Positions 1-11,929 of a DNA stretch of 64,000 bases are shown here, piece after piece (the first letter of the stretch is position 1; every line of letters starts with the position of its first letter). This DNA comes from Amphiscolops sp. MND2022. Lineage: Eukaryota. A program made the translations under genes and the position numbers. The stretch spans positions 84,260,001 through 84,324,000 of the forward strand of contig OZ076409.1 in NCBI GenBank assembly GCA_964187785.1. Direction: 5' to 3'. A model generated the notes under the pieces. It worked only from the letters and a program-made list of their open reading frames with translations, was not told the DNA's origin and made no database searches.

Positions 1-1125
1 AAAGGTTTTAATGCACTACTAGTTTAGTAAACGAAAGCCTTTCGGTTTAGGATGAAAAAGATTCAAGAGCCATAAAGAATTGCAAGTGCTTTTGAGTATC
101 TAATTTTTTTCTTACAGAAACATTTTCAAAAAGAGAAAATGGTTTAAAAATCGGCAAATGCACATTTTAGATTTCAATGATGAAAAGAAAGCGGCTGATT
201 GTATACAAAACTTCATCCCTGTAAAACATTTGCGCAATTAGAGGGATCAAAAGATCCAAACGTTGTCATGAATACATTTGAGAGGATCTGCAAATACTGC
301 TACGATAGTTTGCAGTTTCACAAAAACATGGTGTGTTTCCAGAAAACTTCTTTCAAATGATAACAAAAAAGGTAATGAACTCACACTCATAGATTGCTTT
401 GAAAGGTTGAATTATCCGGGATTAAAAAATTTCCAGGATTTTATAGTAACGATTTTAAATAAGGTCGAAATGAGTGAGCATTTAATCAAGAATACGCATA
501 CTTGAAGTGTCCTACTTAAATGTAGGAGCGAAGCGAAATGCAACTACGTGCGACTATTTGACCGGTTGCAAGTTTTGGCGAATGTCGACCTGAAAGGACC
601 CAAAGCGCCCTAGGAAAAGAATGGCTGAGTCTTACTACAAACTCTACTTTCGAAGTTCAAGTCAGAGTCACGTTTTGATCTTGCATAATTCGATCCTGAA
701 CCCATCAACTGCAAACAGAAGATTGCTGTCCAGAGTTGGAATATGCAAGCTCGAAAAGAGTGCAAAATTAGTTATCTGGGATCGAATTGTGACTTGATTT
801 ATCTAGGATCGAAGATGTGAAGCTTTGATTACAATTACACCATACCTATACTGCCATAATTGCAGGAGCGAAGCGAAGCGGAGCGATGTGCCACTACTTG
901 ACCTGTGGCAAGTTTTGGTGCAGGCGCAAAAAGGGAGGTCGAATCATACAACCATTTTTGGTTTTTAAACATCTAGTAAAATTAGCATTTTCCATACTGT
1001 AAAATATAATCCTATATAAAATGACTCTAGCGAGGCAATTCCTAAATAGTTTGGGTTCAATTCTGGATTCCTGATATTTCGATTCTAGATAAGCAATTTT
1101 GGTCTACTGATGGAATGGCTCTTAC

Positions 1126-1150
1126 TTGTCTTCCTGCGGTTCGCCAGCAT
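1126..1150 (-). CDS. Tentative 25-nt micro-exon of the minus-strand host gene (xAGEPQED)
   Basis: Minus strand reads gtttcag|ATGCTGGCGAACCGCAGGAAGACAA|gtaaga. Same length, phase and 3' end (GACAA|gtaag) as the candidate at 7595-7619. Confidence 0.3.
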
Positions 1151-1724
1151 CTGAAACGATCGAAAGATTACCTTATAAGGAAATCATTTTTAAAATCCAA
1201 GCTTTTGTTCAGAGGACTGATCTGAAGAAACTACATTTCCCTGACAAAAAAGTTCAAACAGCAATAAAGTTTTACATATTCAATTCACACAAAAAATCCA
1301 CGGAGAAAAGGTTTTTCAAACAAGATTATTGGGATATGTTATGTAATATCTTGAAAACCCCTGTTCGTAGTCAGAAATGCCTGCAACAAACTTTGTAGTT
1401 TTGATTCTGATCTCTAACTTTTTCTGAAGACGCGCTCCTCATGAATTTACACTCGAAAATTTCCCAAAAGTGTTCAAAACAAAAGTTGAGGAACGGTGGC
1501 AAGGCTACATAATAACCCAGGGAGGTTTTCCTTCCGACTAGTCGTTTTTGAGATATTGCGTAAAAATTTCAAAAAATTCCGAAACCCTTCAAAATACCAC
1601 GTGCTATAAGTCTTAAAATTTCAATTCGACTGCGAAACAAAAGGTACTATTGCAATTCTATTCAAAACTTGAGCAACATTTGGACCTGAGATTTCTTGTA
1701 AAATGAATAGTTAAATTAAAAGAT

Positions 1725-1872
1725 TATGATTCTTTTTTGAACATTTACGTTTGTTTCCTAGCGTCTCGTTTGTTAAATAACGAAAGCTTTAGGAGTTTAA
1801 ACTCCTAAAGCTTTCGTTATTTAACAAACGATACGCTAGGAAACAAACGTAAATGTTCAAAAAAGAATCATA
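1725..1872. repeat. 148-bp spacerless palindrome
   Basis: 74-bp arms centred on TTT|AAA (1798/1799), one mismatch (gcgtctcg vs cgatacgc). Confidence 0.95.
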
Positions 1873-1897
1873 CTATTTTAATTGACACAGTTTTCAA

Positions 1898-2021
1898 TTG
1901 ACACTGTTGAGATGCTGACTCCCAATCCAGGGGACTATTAGGTGAAACTTTCCGGCAGGTTCGACTTGGGTTGACACAGTTGAGATGCTGACTCCCAATC
2001 CAGGGGACTATTAGGTGAAAC
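1898..2021. repeat. Two ~51-bp direct repeats separated by 22 bp
   Basis: ttgacac(t/a)gttgagatgctgactcccaatccaggggactattaggtgaaac at 1898-1948 and 1971-2021. Confidence 0.9.
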
Positions 2022-2873
2022 AATTCGCAAAAAAGTATTGTTCGACTTGAAAACCGAAATTAGGGACGTTTTTGGATGAATTTGAAAAAAAATTGAAAGG
2101 GAGGCTTTTTGGTAGAAAGGATACTTTTCACTCAAATTTGCACGATGACAAAAGTACCCAAAGGGGAGAGCCCAAAAAATCAGAAAAAATCCGATGGAAT
2201 AGTTTCTCAAAAAATCACACAGCGCCGAAAAAGCTCGAAAAACCTTTGCAAACAAAAACTTTCTCTTTGAATTGCCGGTGATTCGAATCCATGACCTCTT
2301 GCTCCGGAAACTGGCTGTCTAACTTTTGGGCAAACTATGAAGATTTACAGCTACCTCGGAGTTGTTGTTGAAAAACTTTTGAAAAAAAGGTCTGCTCTGG
2401 TACAAGTATTTTATATTTATTAGGAAAACGAAAGTTGAATTTTTTAAAGATTCGAGTGAGACGACAAAACCGAAAACATATTCCACTGATACTTTTTTCA
2501 AATCTCCAGTCTTTTTGACCGATCCATCCAGTTATAGCCATTTTCATTGTACTCGTCGACGGATTTTTTTGCCATTATTTGACTAGACACTAAATTGGTT
2601 TTTCTTTTGGTCTAAGATTTTACCAAAAAGAAGCTCGGATAGCTGAAGAAATCTTCTAAACTAACCTCCTGAAGTTGTGCTCACACTGGAGACAGCTCTA
2701 AAATAAAGTAAGAGTTTGATGATATCAAAAAATTGATGTTGGGATCGAAACCAAGCCAAAGTGAAAAAAAATCATATCTCTAACTTTGCTAAATTTTTTG
2801 ACAATGTGTGCTATAAGTTCTATGAACGTCAATTTACCATGTGTGTATAGTCCTAAATACTAACAAGTGTTTT

Positions 2874-3222
2874 TGTTACTGTTGGAACTGAAGTTCGTAA
2901 AGTTATTAATTGGTTCGGAGTTTCCAATTAGTTCAGGTTCAACATCATGATGCAGAATTGAACTCGAGGGTTCTGTAGCAGGATTCGAGAGGCCATCTAC
3001 TTTCGAGGTCAAGTTTTCGATCAATCTCAAAATTTCTCGCTGCCCGAATTCTGCGTCTCTTAACCTCTTAGATATTCAATTTTCGATTTTGTTCGAAATG
3101 TCTGAGAAATCTTGCTCGGTTAAACAAGTATTCTCATCAGAGGCCTGGCTTGCTGTCTCAGCGTTTTCCAAACTACTACGTTGGTCACTCCTAAGTTTCC
3201 TTTTCTGGGATTTCTCAGGCAT
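2874..3222 (-). pseudogene. LTR-encoded gag N-terminus-like ORF (MPEKSQKRKLRSDQRSS...FSSNSN) with one internal stop
   Basis: Manual translation: basic N-terminus followed by a helical-looking segment (DISNKIEN*ISKRLRDAEFGQREILRLIENL), ending at the putative LTR edge as in the large element. Confidence 0.5.
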
Positions 3223-4915
3223 CGTTGAAAATTGGAGTATTTGAACGACTCAATTCGTCTGGTTTAACGAGCAGGTAAATAATTCGAAAGTTTCCAGAAC
3301 AAGGTTATCCAAACATACAAATGTGGTTTCAAATCCAAAGAGAAAAGTTAACCAATAAATAAAATGGTGCGATCAATAATTAGAGTACTCAAAATTCAAA
3401 ACTTGAAAATTACGAAGTCAACGAGTTCAGCAAAATCAAATTAACAATTAAGTTTTCCCTTTTCCCGCTTCAGGTATATATACTTTTCGCTAGACACGCG
3501 GGATAAATCCCGCGCGTGAATTCACACTTCGTTCAGCTCGGCGTCCTTCCGAGGCAAGAAAATCCAAATTAGGTACGTTTCCTCGGGACTCGGCTTTCAG
3601 TTTCATCTCACTTCAAAGGAAAAGTGGGAAGCAACTTCCTGCCGAAGTCCCAATTCCGCGTACCTTTCTCCTTCATTTCCCGCCAATTCAGGACGCCGAA
3701 CCGAAGTTAGCACTGAAATTCATGGACCTAGCTACTGACGCGGGAAAGGGAAATGAAATTTACATCGAAGAAAATGGAACTTTAAACAAAATAAATTGCA
3801 CTAAATTGTGAAAATGGGATTTCAGGCAGTATTAATCTCATTAATCGAACACGAAATGGCCAGTTTACTGATCATAATTCTGGTCGAATACCAGGGCGAT
3901 TTATTGAGTTGGTTTACAGGGACACTTGACCGGATATTAAACACCATGAATTAGCACAGCACGGGGGGTTTAACACAACTTTAACGGCTTCAATAAGTAC
4001 TATATGCCGTTCAATCAATAATAAATCAGAACAAATTTATAATTAAAACTTATCACAACATGATTAATCTTTTACTCATTCTCAACTAAAACGGTTGCCC
4101 CGGCGGTCGTCCCGGGGTGGAGTATTAGCAACACAGTAGTATTTGAACAAAACACTGCACGATGAGCGAAATAATGCTTTGGTGGGAGAATTAGACCAAA
4201 TTAACTATATTAATAAGTTGCACTAATGATTAATGCACAGTTATATTGATTACATTTGGATGGTTGTCCCGGTGGTTGTCCCATTTTTGGAAATTAGGGT
4301 TAGACGACCAAGCGGTTGACCTGAACATTAAATCAAATACTTTCATCGTTTAGATACTCCAACATTTCCATCGGTTATTTATTGGTGGTTAGAGCTTCTT
4401 TTAAGTTCAGTGTTCACCTTAAAATGGTACAGCATTTTATGCAGTAATATTACTGCTTCGGTTATTTGAAGCGTGCGACCAGGCGTGCGTCCCAGCACTC
4501 GGTCGACTGGTGAGCTGCCTGGTCTTGCTGTTCAGCTAGCGCGATGTATTTGCGCTAATCGCTGATTGGTCCGTTGAAATTAGAATGAAATTAGTCTGCT
4601 TTAGCTCCATTGTTATTGTAGCGGTAAATTGATCAGCGTGCTGGCCGAGTTAATTTCGGTCGGTATGCTGGTCGCTTTACTGTAAACAAATCACACCGAT
4701 AGCACTTTAGTATTATTTAAGTATTTACATATTTATGTATTTTAGGTACTGCGCTGGGTTACTACTGTTAGGTGGTTTAAATGGATTGTTTGTTAATTGT
4801 TTCTTTCAGGGTCAGTGATGTTTCTACTCGGTCCTTTTCTGGGTGATTTCTCCATTGCCTTCCTTTGGCGTTCTCCTTGCATTCAATATTTCGCTGCTCC
4901 CTGAGGGCTGCGACA
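2874..4915 (-). mobile_element. Probable solo LTR (~2 kb) of a Gypsy family with the same architecture as the element at 32858-48519
   Basis: Termini TGTTAC...TGCGACA (right end matches the LTR end of the large element). Shares the GGTATATATACTT motif (3473-3485). A gag-N-terminus-like ORF runs to the left terminus. No matching TSD (GTTTT vs ATTAC). Confidence 0.55.
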
Positions 4916-5627
4916 ATTACTAATGGTTTAGAAGTTCAGCAACACCAATTGTTGTGACTTTACAGATCCGAAACTTTCAAATTTGGATATCTTAATTCAA
5001 AATTTGTTATATGAAAACTAGTCACTAATTTGATCTAAGTCTGTTTGTAACAAAACAGCATCACGCTGACCGGATGTCAAACAGAAGAATCATTGGCAAG
5101 AATGGAAAAAATGTTTCTGTTGTCTTGAACACAGTTGACGAAACCTTTTATGTAAATCAAGTAAAGGAAAGGACCTAAATTTGAAACTTGGGGACATCCA
5201 GTTGTAATATTATTTTTTATATTCCCCCATTCGCTGAAACAAATTGATTTTCAACCTGCAGGAAACTTTCTATGGTGTTGTCAACACTATTATCGAATAT
5301 TTAAACAATTTCAATGAGGGAATTCATAGATCTAAAGACTCGAATGCTTTTTTGGGTCAAAAAAGAATCTTGTTTGCAAAATGTTCTCTCAAATTCATTG
5401 CGTATGGAATCCGATAGAGCAACTATAGAAATTACACTCGAGCGATTGGGTCGAAATCCGTATTGCATCGGTGTGAAAAGTTTGCTTTTGTTGTAAAACG
5501 TGATCTTTCATTGGTACAATGAAACTTCTTAGACCTTTCTCAGTGAGTTGAGCGAGCTTATCTGTCAATAATTTTCAGGATAGTTGGTGTCACGTTTCTT
5601 ATCTCAAACAAGACGCCCTCTAAGCAC

Positions 5628-5660
5628 CGGGATATTTTCCGTCCTCTTCGCCTTCGCCAA
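5628..5660 (-). CDS. Tentative 33-nt exon of host gene (xGEGEEDGKYP)
   Basis: ctcag|...|gtgctt boundaries, phase 1 to 1; composition resembles neighbouring exons (GEDDDDDGDEKY). Confidence 0.3.
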
Positions 5661-5686
5661 CTGAGCCATAGTTTTTTTGGGAGGGG

Positions 5687-5820
5687 GAATAAGATCTAAA
5701 GAATAAGATCTAAAATTTAGTGATTTCAGATCTTATTCCTTTTAGATCTTATTCCCGTTCTGAAATTTTAGATCTTATTCCCTTTAAATCTTATTCTCGT
5801 TTTTGACTTTAGATATTATT
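5687..5820. repeat. Cluster of ~14-bp repeats (GAATAAGATCTAAA) in both orientations
   Basis: Two forward copies followed by about five reverse-complement copies (tttagatcttattc). Confidence 0.8.
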
Positions 5821-5918
5821 TATACCCATAAAATAGTTAAGTAACTAAAATAGTCAAGTTACTAAATTAGTCAGGTGAGTCAGGTGAGTAGGTGAGTCAA
5901 ATTTGGCAGAATTTGGAA

Positions 5919-7044
5919 AACAAGACGGGAACGTCTAAAGTCGGCGCTATATCTAAGGCTCAAAAAGCGCAAAACATTTTTTTTGGAAAAAAACTTGAAA
6001 TTTTTGAATTTTTTTTCGGAAAATGTCGCACAGTGCCGAAAAATGTAAAAGAGGGGTCCCTTTTTGATTTCCAAACATGCATTCTGTTGCAAAATTACAA
6101 AAAACTCAAAGGAAGGAGCCTTTGGGGACATAAAAAAATTTTCGAAAAAAAGTCGCACAGTGCCGAAAAAAATCAAAAGGGAGACCCTTTAGCCTCGGCC
6201 GGTTTTGTAGGTCACGTTAAAAAAGTAAAAAATGAAAGGGGGGACCCTTTGGACAGAAAAAAATTTTCGAAAAAAAGTCGCACAGTGCCGAAAAAAAACG
6301 AAAAAAAATCGAAAGGGGGGACTCTTTAGTCCCGTCCAGTTTTGTAGGTTACCTTGAAAAAGTGAAAAATGAAAGGGGGACCCTTTGCACTAAGTTTGCC
6401 TTGGCCCCTTCGCCGGACTGGGCGCCTTAGGTGGTTTCAGGATTGTTTCTAAAAAGTGGACCGATCAGTGTGAGGATTATAGTCTGAAGAAGAAAAAACA
6501 AGACGAGAACGTCTAAAGTCGGCGCCATATCTCAGGCTCAAAAAGCGTAAAACACTTTTTTTGGAAAAAAATTGAAATTTTTGAAAAAATTTTTTCTTTC
6601 AAAAGAAGTCGCATAGTGCCAAAAAATGTAAAAGGGGGGACCCTTCTGGATTTATTAACAAACATTCCGTTGCAAAATATCAAAAAACTCAAAGGGGGGA
6701 CCCTTTGGGGACATTAAAAAATTTTCGAAAAAAAGTCGCACAGTGCCGAAAAAAGGGGACCCTTTGGGCACGTCCGGTTTTGTATGTTTCCTTGAAAAAG
6801 TAAAAAATGAAAGGGGGGACCCTTTGGAGTAAAGTTTGCCTTGGGCGGACTTGGCCTCAGGTGCTCTGCTCAGGATTGTAAAAAGTGAAAAAGTGGACCG
6901 ATCAGTGTGAGGATTGTAGTCTGAAGAAAAAAAAGGTCACTGTTATAGTCGGGCATTTTTCCTTAAAAGGAAAAGGCGCCGACTAAAAACAGTCACTGCT
7001 ATAGTCGGGCATTTTTCCCTTAATGGAAAAGCGCCGACTAAAAA
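5919..7044 (-). mobile_element. DINE-1/HINE-like (Helentron-associated) non-autonomous element, outer copy interrupted by a second copy
   Basis: Subterminal inverted repeat AGTCGGCGCT/AGCGCCGACT, stem-loop at one end (gtcgggcatttt..aaaagcgccgac), short hairpin AGACGGGAACGTCT at the other, internal repeats (gtcgcacagtgccgaaaa...gggggaccc), T-rich junctions, no TSD. Confidence 0.75.
6497..6988 (-). mobile_element. DINE-1/HINE-like element nested in an A-run of the outer copy
   Basis: Complete copy from aacaagacgagaacg to ggcgccgactaaaa; removing it restores gtctgaagaagaaaa/aaacagtcactgctatagtcggg of the outer copy. Confidence 0.75.
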
Positions 7045-7594
7045 CGCATCACAGATCATGATTTTCCTCCCCCATTGAAAATGTGGGGTCGGAAAATAAC
7101 AATTCAGCCTTCTAAGAAGTATACATTTTCCGGACTGAACCTGTTATAGCCTGCTGTTGTGGTAATTGAAAGAAATGAATGTCATGAACAATCCAACCGA
7201 CTTTCACAAGACCATATGGTGAAAACAACTGGATGTATCGAAGCTTAATGGTGTTTGTTTACTAACTTAAAAACACTTAACCGGAGCTAAAATCTTGTTT
7301 GTTACGCGCTTTCGTTATGCCACAGAACCATTCTTGCACATTCCCCAATGGAGCGAAAATAATTTTTCACCCTCACTCACTGAAAGTTGTCGTCATATAT
7401 GTCGGAGAAAGACCATCACGCAATTAAATTAAATTATGTGCAAACTTCAACCGCAATCAGAATCCGAAAGCTGTGAAATACGTTCTGAACTTTTTGAAAC
7501 ATTTTTTTTCAAGCAACCCATATTTCAACTGACCTTCTTTTTCTGAAAAATTAAAAAAGTTGAAGTCTACAAGAAGAGCATAAGAATAACTTAC

Positions 7595-7619
7595 TTGTCG
7601 CCTGATTGTGGCCCTGCTT
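7595..7619 (-). CDS. Tentative 25-nt micro-exon of host gene (QAGPQSGD)
   Basis: ttttgtttcag|AAGCAGGGCCACAATCAGGCGACAA|gtaagt; strong splice sites; phase-1 entry matches the upstream exon ending at 9008. Confidence 0.4.
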
Positions 7620-7683
7620 CTGAAACAAAAGTTTTTAGACTAAATTTCACACAGAGCAATTATTGATGAGTGTTTTTAACACT

Positions 7684-7730
7684 TTTTAGTCGGCGCTTTC
7701 ATATAATAGAAGAGCCCGACTATTACAGTC
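7684..7730 (+). mobile_element. Terminal fragment of the DINE-1-like repeat
   Basis: ttttagtcggcgctttc...gaagagcccgactattacagt matches the terminal stem-loop of the other copies. Confidence 0.55.
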
Positions 7731-9007
7731 ACACGTTTTCAAATCTTTAGATTCACAACTTTTGAGCTCAAAACAAAAAACAGCATTTCTTTTAAAACAC
7801 GAATTTGAATTTATACTGGGTAGACCCTTCATGAAAACTGTGACTTTCCAATTTCTCAAGAAAATGAACGATAAAAATTAATGAAAATTGAGTTCACCGT
7901 GGATGAATATCATTAAACGGTTTAATCGTCATCCGTTGCGGTACTTCTTGATAAGGTCATTCAGATTTAGGTGGGCAAGCGGTCTCACAAATGTTTGTCG
8001 TATACAGTCGAAAGTTCTCAAAGACAACTATGGTTCCTTATTGTTCCTATTGTGTCAAAAACTGTAAAAACTTGGAAACCGCGTTAATTGCTGCCAAGCA
8101 TTCAAAGACATGAAATTTTTCCTAGATCATAAAATTACTTTTCAAATTCATTTGGACAGTGTTAACATCACTAAGATCATGAAAACTACGGAAAATGAGA
8201 TGCAAGATCTAATATCAAGACCATATCTTGACGAAGTTCTCATCGCAAAATGAGTGAGAAAATCTTTGAAGCCACTTTCTGTGTCTACGCTAGTACTTCG
8301 CATAATTTCAGGCACGGATTTTTGAAAACTTGGCGTATAGTTAGTGGTTCGTTTTCATATCAATTTTGGGCTTGCTATCACAAACAGTTACTTTCAAACA
8401 ATTTCATCAATCTAGTTTCTCAAATTGCGCTAGCTTTTATTTGTGGGGTCGCTTCTCGGTTTTGTATACCACTTGATTTCAATGATTTTTGTTCATTTTT
8501 GTCTATTTATGTATGAATTCCTCTGTTACCTACGATGTTTGGGATGGTTTAGAATGAGAAAGTTTGATATGCAACAGACTTTTGTCATGTTGTAACAAGG
8601 AACCCTTCCCAAGATCATGTTGAAAAATGGAGAGCTTGGTACGATAATCGTAAGACATGATTATAGCAGTCTCACAAACCAAAACAAGATCTTGACAAGG
8701 TTGGAAAGTGATTTTCTTTGGATCTTGGCAAGCTATTTTTCTTTTCCCCTATACGCACTCTACAAAATTATTGAAAATATTTCCTCGAAGTTATAAAAAT
8801 TTATCAAAAGTTTGAAGAACCTTAGTTGAAAGCGCTCGAAATTTTTACATGTGTTTATCGGTTGACAGACAAATCTATTAGGTTTTAAGGTTTCATCACT
8901 AATTTTCCAGGTATTTATCAAGATTTCTCTAAAATTTGGCGAGTTTTTAAAGCAGCATCAAGGAAATTAAAGAGAAATCCCCTCATTAACACTTCTCATT
9001 AACGTAC

Positions 9008-9260
9008 GTTTCCAAAAAACCGACTCAGAAGATCCCGTGGTGCGTTGTTCTGGTCCAAAGGCTAATTCATCGTCTTCGCCCGGCTGATCACCCTCGGTGC
9101 CAGTGCTCTTCATGCCAGTAGTGATGGTGGCCGAACCATCCGCAGAGTTATGCGTGGGTCGATTGTCTGGCATGTCCACGAAATTATCAGGGCTTGTAAT
9201 TCGGACACTCACGTTTAATTCCACTTCGATATCCCCAGTTGAGAAACTTTCTTTAAATTG
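9008..9260 (-). CDS. Host gene exon (QFKESFSTG...SESVFWK)
   Basis: tcatatcag| acceptor, |gtacgt donor, 253 nt, phase 0 to 1, open frame, GC-richer than flanks. Confidence 0.75.
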
Positions 9261-9955
9261 CTGATATGAAACAACATACATTAGTTTTAAAAAAAAACTC
9301 GGTTATTGTTAGGAATCTTCCTCAAACATTTCTTTGAAACATTTTAATTCCATATGAAAAACCCCGCAAGGTCATTTCTTGACTGTTTCGCATTGTAAAA
9401 AACATCAAGTTGAAAAATGAAACTGTTTTGCTGGCTTAAGGAGATTCAGTTGCTCCTTTTGAGCAGAAAAACATTGTAATTTTAAACAATTCATTTTTCA
9501 CTACAACCGGGCAAGAGAACTACAGTGCTATAGCGCTTTGTCAAAGTAATATGTTCGCGTATTGGATAAGCTGTCAATGGGAAGTGTTTTCTTTCATGTT
9601 TCTTAAACTCATAGCGCTTCTACGTTTGGCACAAATTTTCCACTTTTGGCATTCGTGGAAGCATTTTTATTACAAAGACCAAGTTCAGTGCTTATTTACA
9701 ACGCCAGTTGTTAATCACACAACATAAAGTTCGCTATCAACATTATGAAGAACAGAAATGAATTCCGTTTTGAATTTGAAAGCGTTACATCTAGTGGGTT
9801 TCATCTCATAGATTCTCATGCATGATCATAAACAGTGCATGCATGTACCATGATTAAAAAGTTCGACACCCATTTCGATGTTACATCTAAATTATTACGC
9901 GAACTTCTTGTTTAAAAACGTGCTAGATTGTGATGAGAAATGGAAGTAAAGTTAC

Positions 9956-10269
9956 TTGAGAATCATCCAGAGATTGTCTAGGTGCAACCATGTTTCCTTC
10001 GCTCAAAGACGGCCCCCTAAGACTTCTCCCCTGAGGGTCGATTCCCTGGTCCACTGGATCCGCGCTGGAAACGACCGAATTTTCCGCCGTTTCGACTACA
10101 CTGTTGCCAACACTCGGGGAAGTTCTACCACTGACACGGGAAGAGCGACGTGACGACATCTGTCCCTTGCTGTCTACTTTCTTCAAGCTCTTACCTGGAA
10201 AGTTTTCAGCTCCAAAGCCATCGTACTTTTCATCCCCGTCATCGTCATCGTCTTCTCCAGGAACACTAG
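9956..10269 (-). CDS. Host gene exon (ASVPGEDDDDDG...QSLDDSQ), with internal alternative donor after 10195
   Basis: tatattccag| acceptor, |gtaact donor, 314 nt, phase 1 to 0; internal CAG|gtaaga. Confidence 0.75.
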
Positions 10270-11024
10270 CTGGAATATAACAAGGAACAATTTATCGCAA
10301 AGTGAGGGAATATTCATTTTGAGGAGCTTGTGTCAATTTGGTCGTAGAAAGGCTCAAAGTTTTGAGATTACGACATTTGCTATTTTTTACAAGCGTCTCT
10401 ATACCCTTTCTAAAATATCTTCCGCTTTTTAATAGAAAATCAACAACTTTTGCACAAATTCATTTTGCCAATCGTTTCGGTCACTCTTAGGTCAATATAC
10501 GTAGGTATTTATTTTTGATTTTTGTTTCTTCACGCCACCATCCACCATCTTTCTTCTATTTACCTTTTTGCCAAGAACAGAAAAAAAATTTGAAAGACAC
10601 TTAAAAACCAGCTGAAAAAGGAAAGCTTTGCCTTTACGGACTCTGTGAAGAAAATTTTGAATCGAAATCTTTTCCTTACAAAAGTTCTGTACCTTTATTA
10701 GTTTTTCATCTGATTGTTTTTCGATGAAGCACCTTAGACTTTCGGAGCCCCTTTTTGCAGTTTTGGCTCTGCATATCTTCAATATGATTGGCGTCCATTT
10801 TTTTCCAATATCTGAGTGTTTTTCTCTGCAATAATTCTATCCTTTCTAAAACTGGTTTCATTAATATCAAAATTTTCCACTACAGTTGTTGACGACCTTA
10901 CTGTTTGTTGAATTGCAATCTCCAACTAACACTGAGAAAGTGCGACTTGAGGTATTTGAGCCCCCAGTAACCTATAGTTTTAAATTCATTTGTCTTACTG
11001 GTGATCGAAAATGTATTGATGCTA

Positions 11025-11196
11025 TCCAATATTCGAAGCCATGGTTCCCTTGCCAAGATCCATGATCTCACAATGATCTTGACAAGCGTTCCATGTATTA
11101 TGATTTGCCATGGCCTTGACGAGGTACCATGGTTAACCATGATTTAGCAAGATTAACCATGATCATGGCAAGCGTTCCATGGCTTCGAACGCTGGG
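11025..11196. mobile_element. ~170-bp MITE with imperfect ~35-bp TIRs flanked by TA
   Basis: Left tccaatattcgaagccatggttcccttgccaagatc vs right gatcatggcaagcgttccatggcttcgaacgctggg; TA at 11023-24 and 11197-98; CATG-rich interior. Confidence 0.6.
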
Positions 11197-11208
11197 TAAA
11201 TCTGAAAC

Positions 11209-11349
11209 CTTGTGACTCGACTTTTCCCAGCTGAGATGGTCCACTCTTGTGTTTTGCGGAGGGTGCTCCGGCGGATGCCACTGACCGAACTGCTCCACTT
11301 GGGCCCGGTTCGTCTGCATAGTCAAGAGGGCCCGGCTCGTCCAGCATTT
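11209..11349 (-). CDS. Host gene exon (EMLDEPGPLDY...GKVESQ)
   Basis: ggatttcag| acceptor, |gtttca donor, 141 nt, phase 1 to 1. Confidence 0.75.
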
Positions 11350-11929
11350 CTGAAATCCGTGAAATGAGACTACGCCTTAACGAGAATGGCTCTATGCTAG
11401 AGGTGAGCGATTCGACAAAAAATGAAATCGGTTCGGGCAAAGTTTATCGGTTTCGGTTCGGTTCAGAAAAAAAAATTAGGTAAAAAAACACTGCAATCGC
11501 GCACTTAATAAATAAAAGCATTAGTAAAGGGCGTAGCGCATCAGCCGATAAGTTTTCACATCTGCCTATTATCTTGACCGCAATTTCAGTCTCCCGACCG
11601 AAGCGAATTTATCGGTTCGGTTTATTTTGTGTCGGTTCGTTTTCGGCTCTTTTTGCAAACAGCGGTTACGGTTCTCAATTGGTTAAACTGCTCAACCTTA
11701 CCCTATGCATCAGATAGAACTTTTGTGTGACAAAAAAGCTGATGAAGGTCAATATGAAAAAGTGATTACATTTACAATTTTGTACAAGTAAGTTCATTAG
11801 AAGTTATAATATTACCGCGATAAAAACTGTGCCCATGGCATGGTATTCTGTTAGCTACAGAAGGAAAATTTTTATTATTTTCCTTCCATATTTCATATGG
11901 GAAAGGAAAATATTTAAATCAAACCCATA

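Noticed and set aside
1898..2021. Repeat-spacer-repeat resembling a mini CRISPR
   Set aside because: Only two 51-bp units with a 22-bp spacer; a simple local duplication explains it.
5892..6329. 145-aa Lys-rich ORF
   Set aside because: Lies in a non-coding A-rich dispersed repeat; frame not kept in the other copies.
11398..11700. hAT-like MITE with TCGGTT subterminal repeats
   Set aside because: Terminal match is partial and no TSD is evident.
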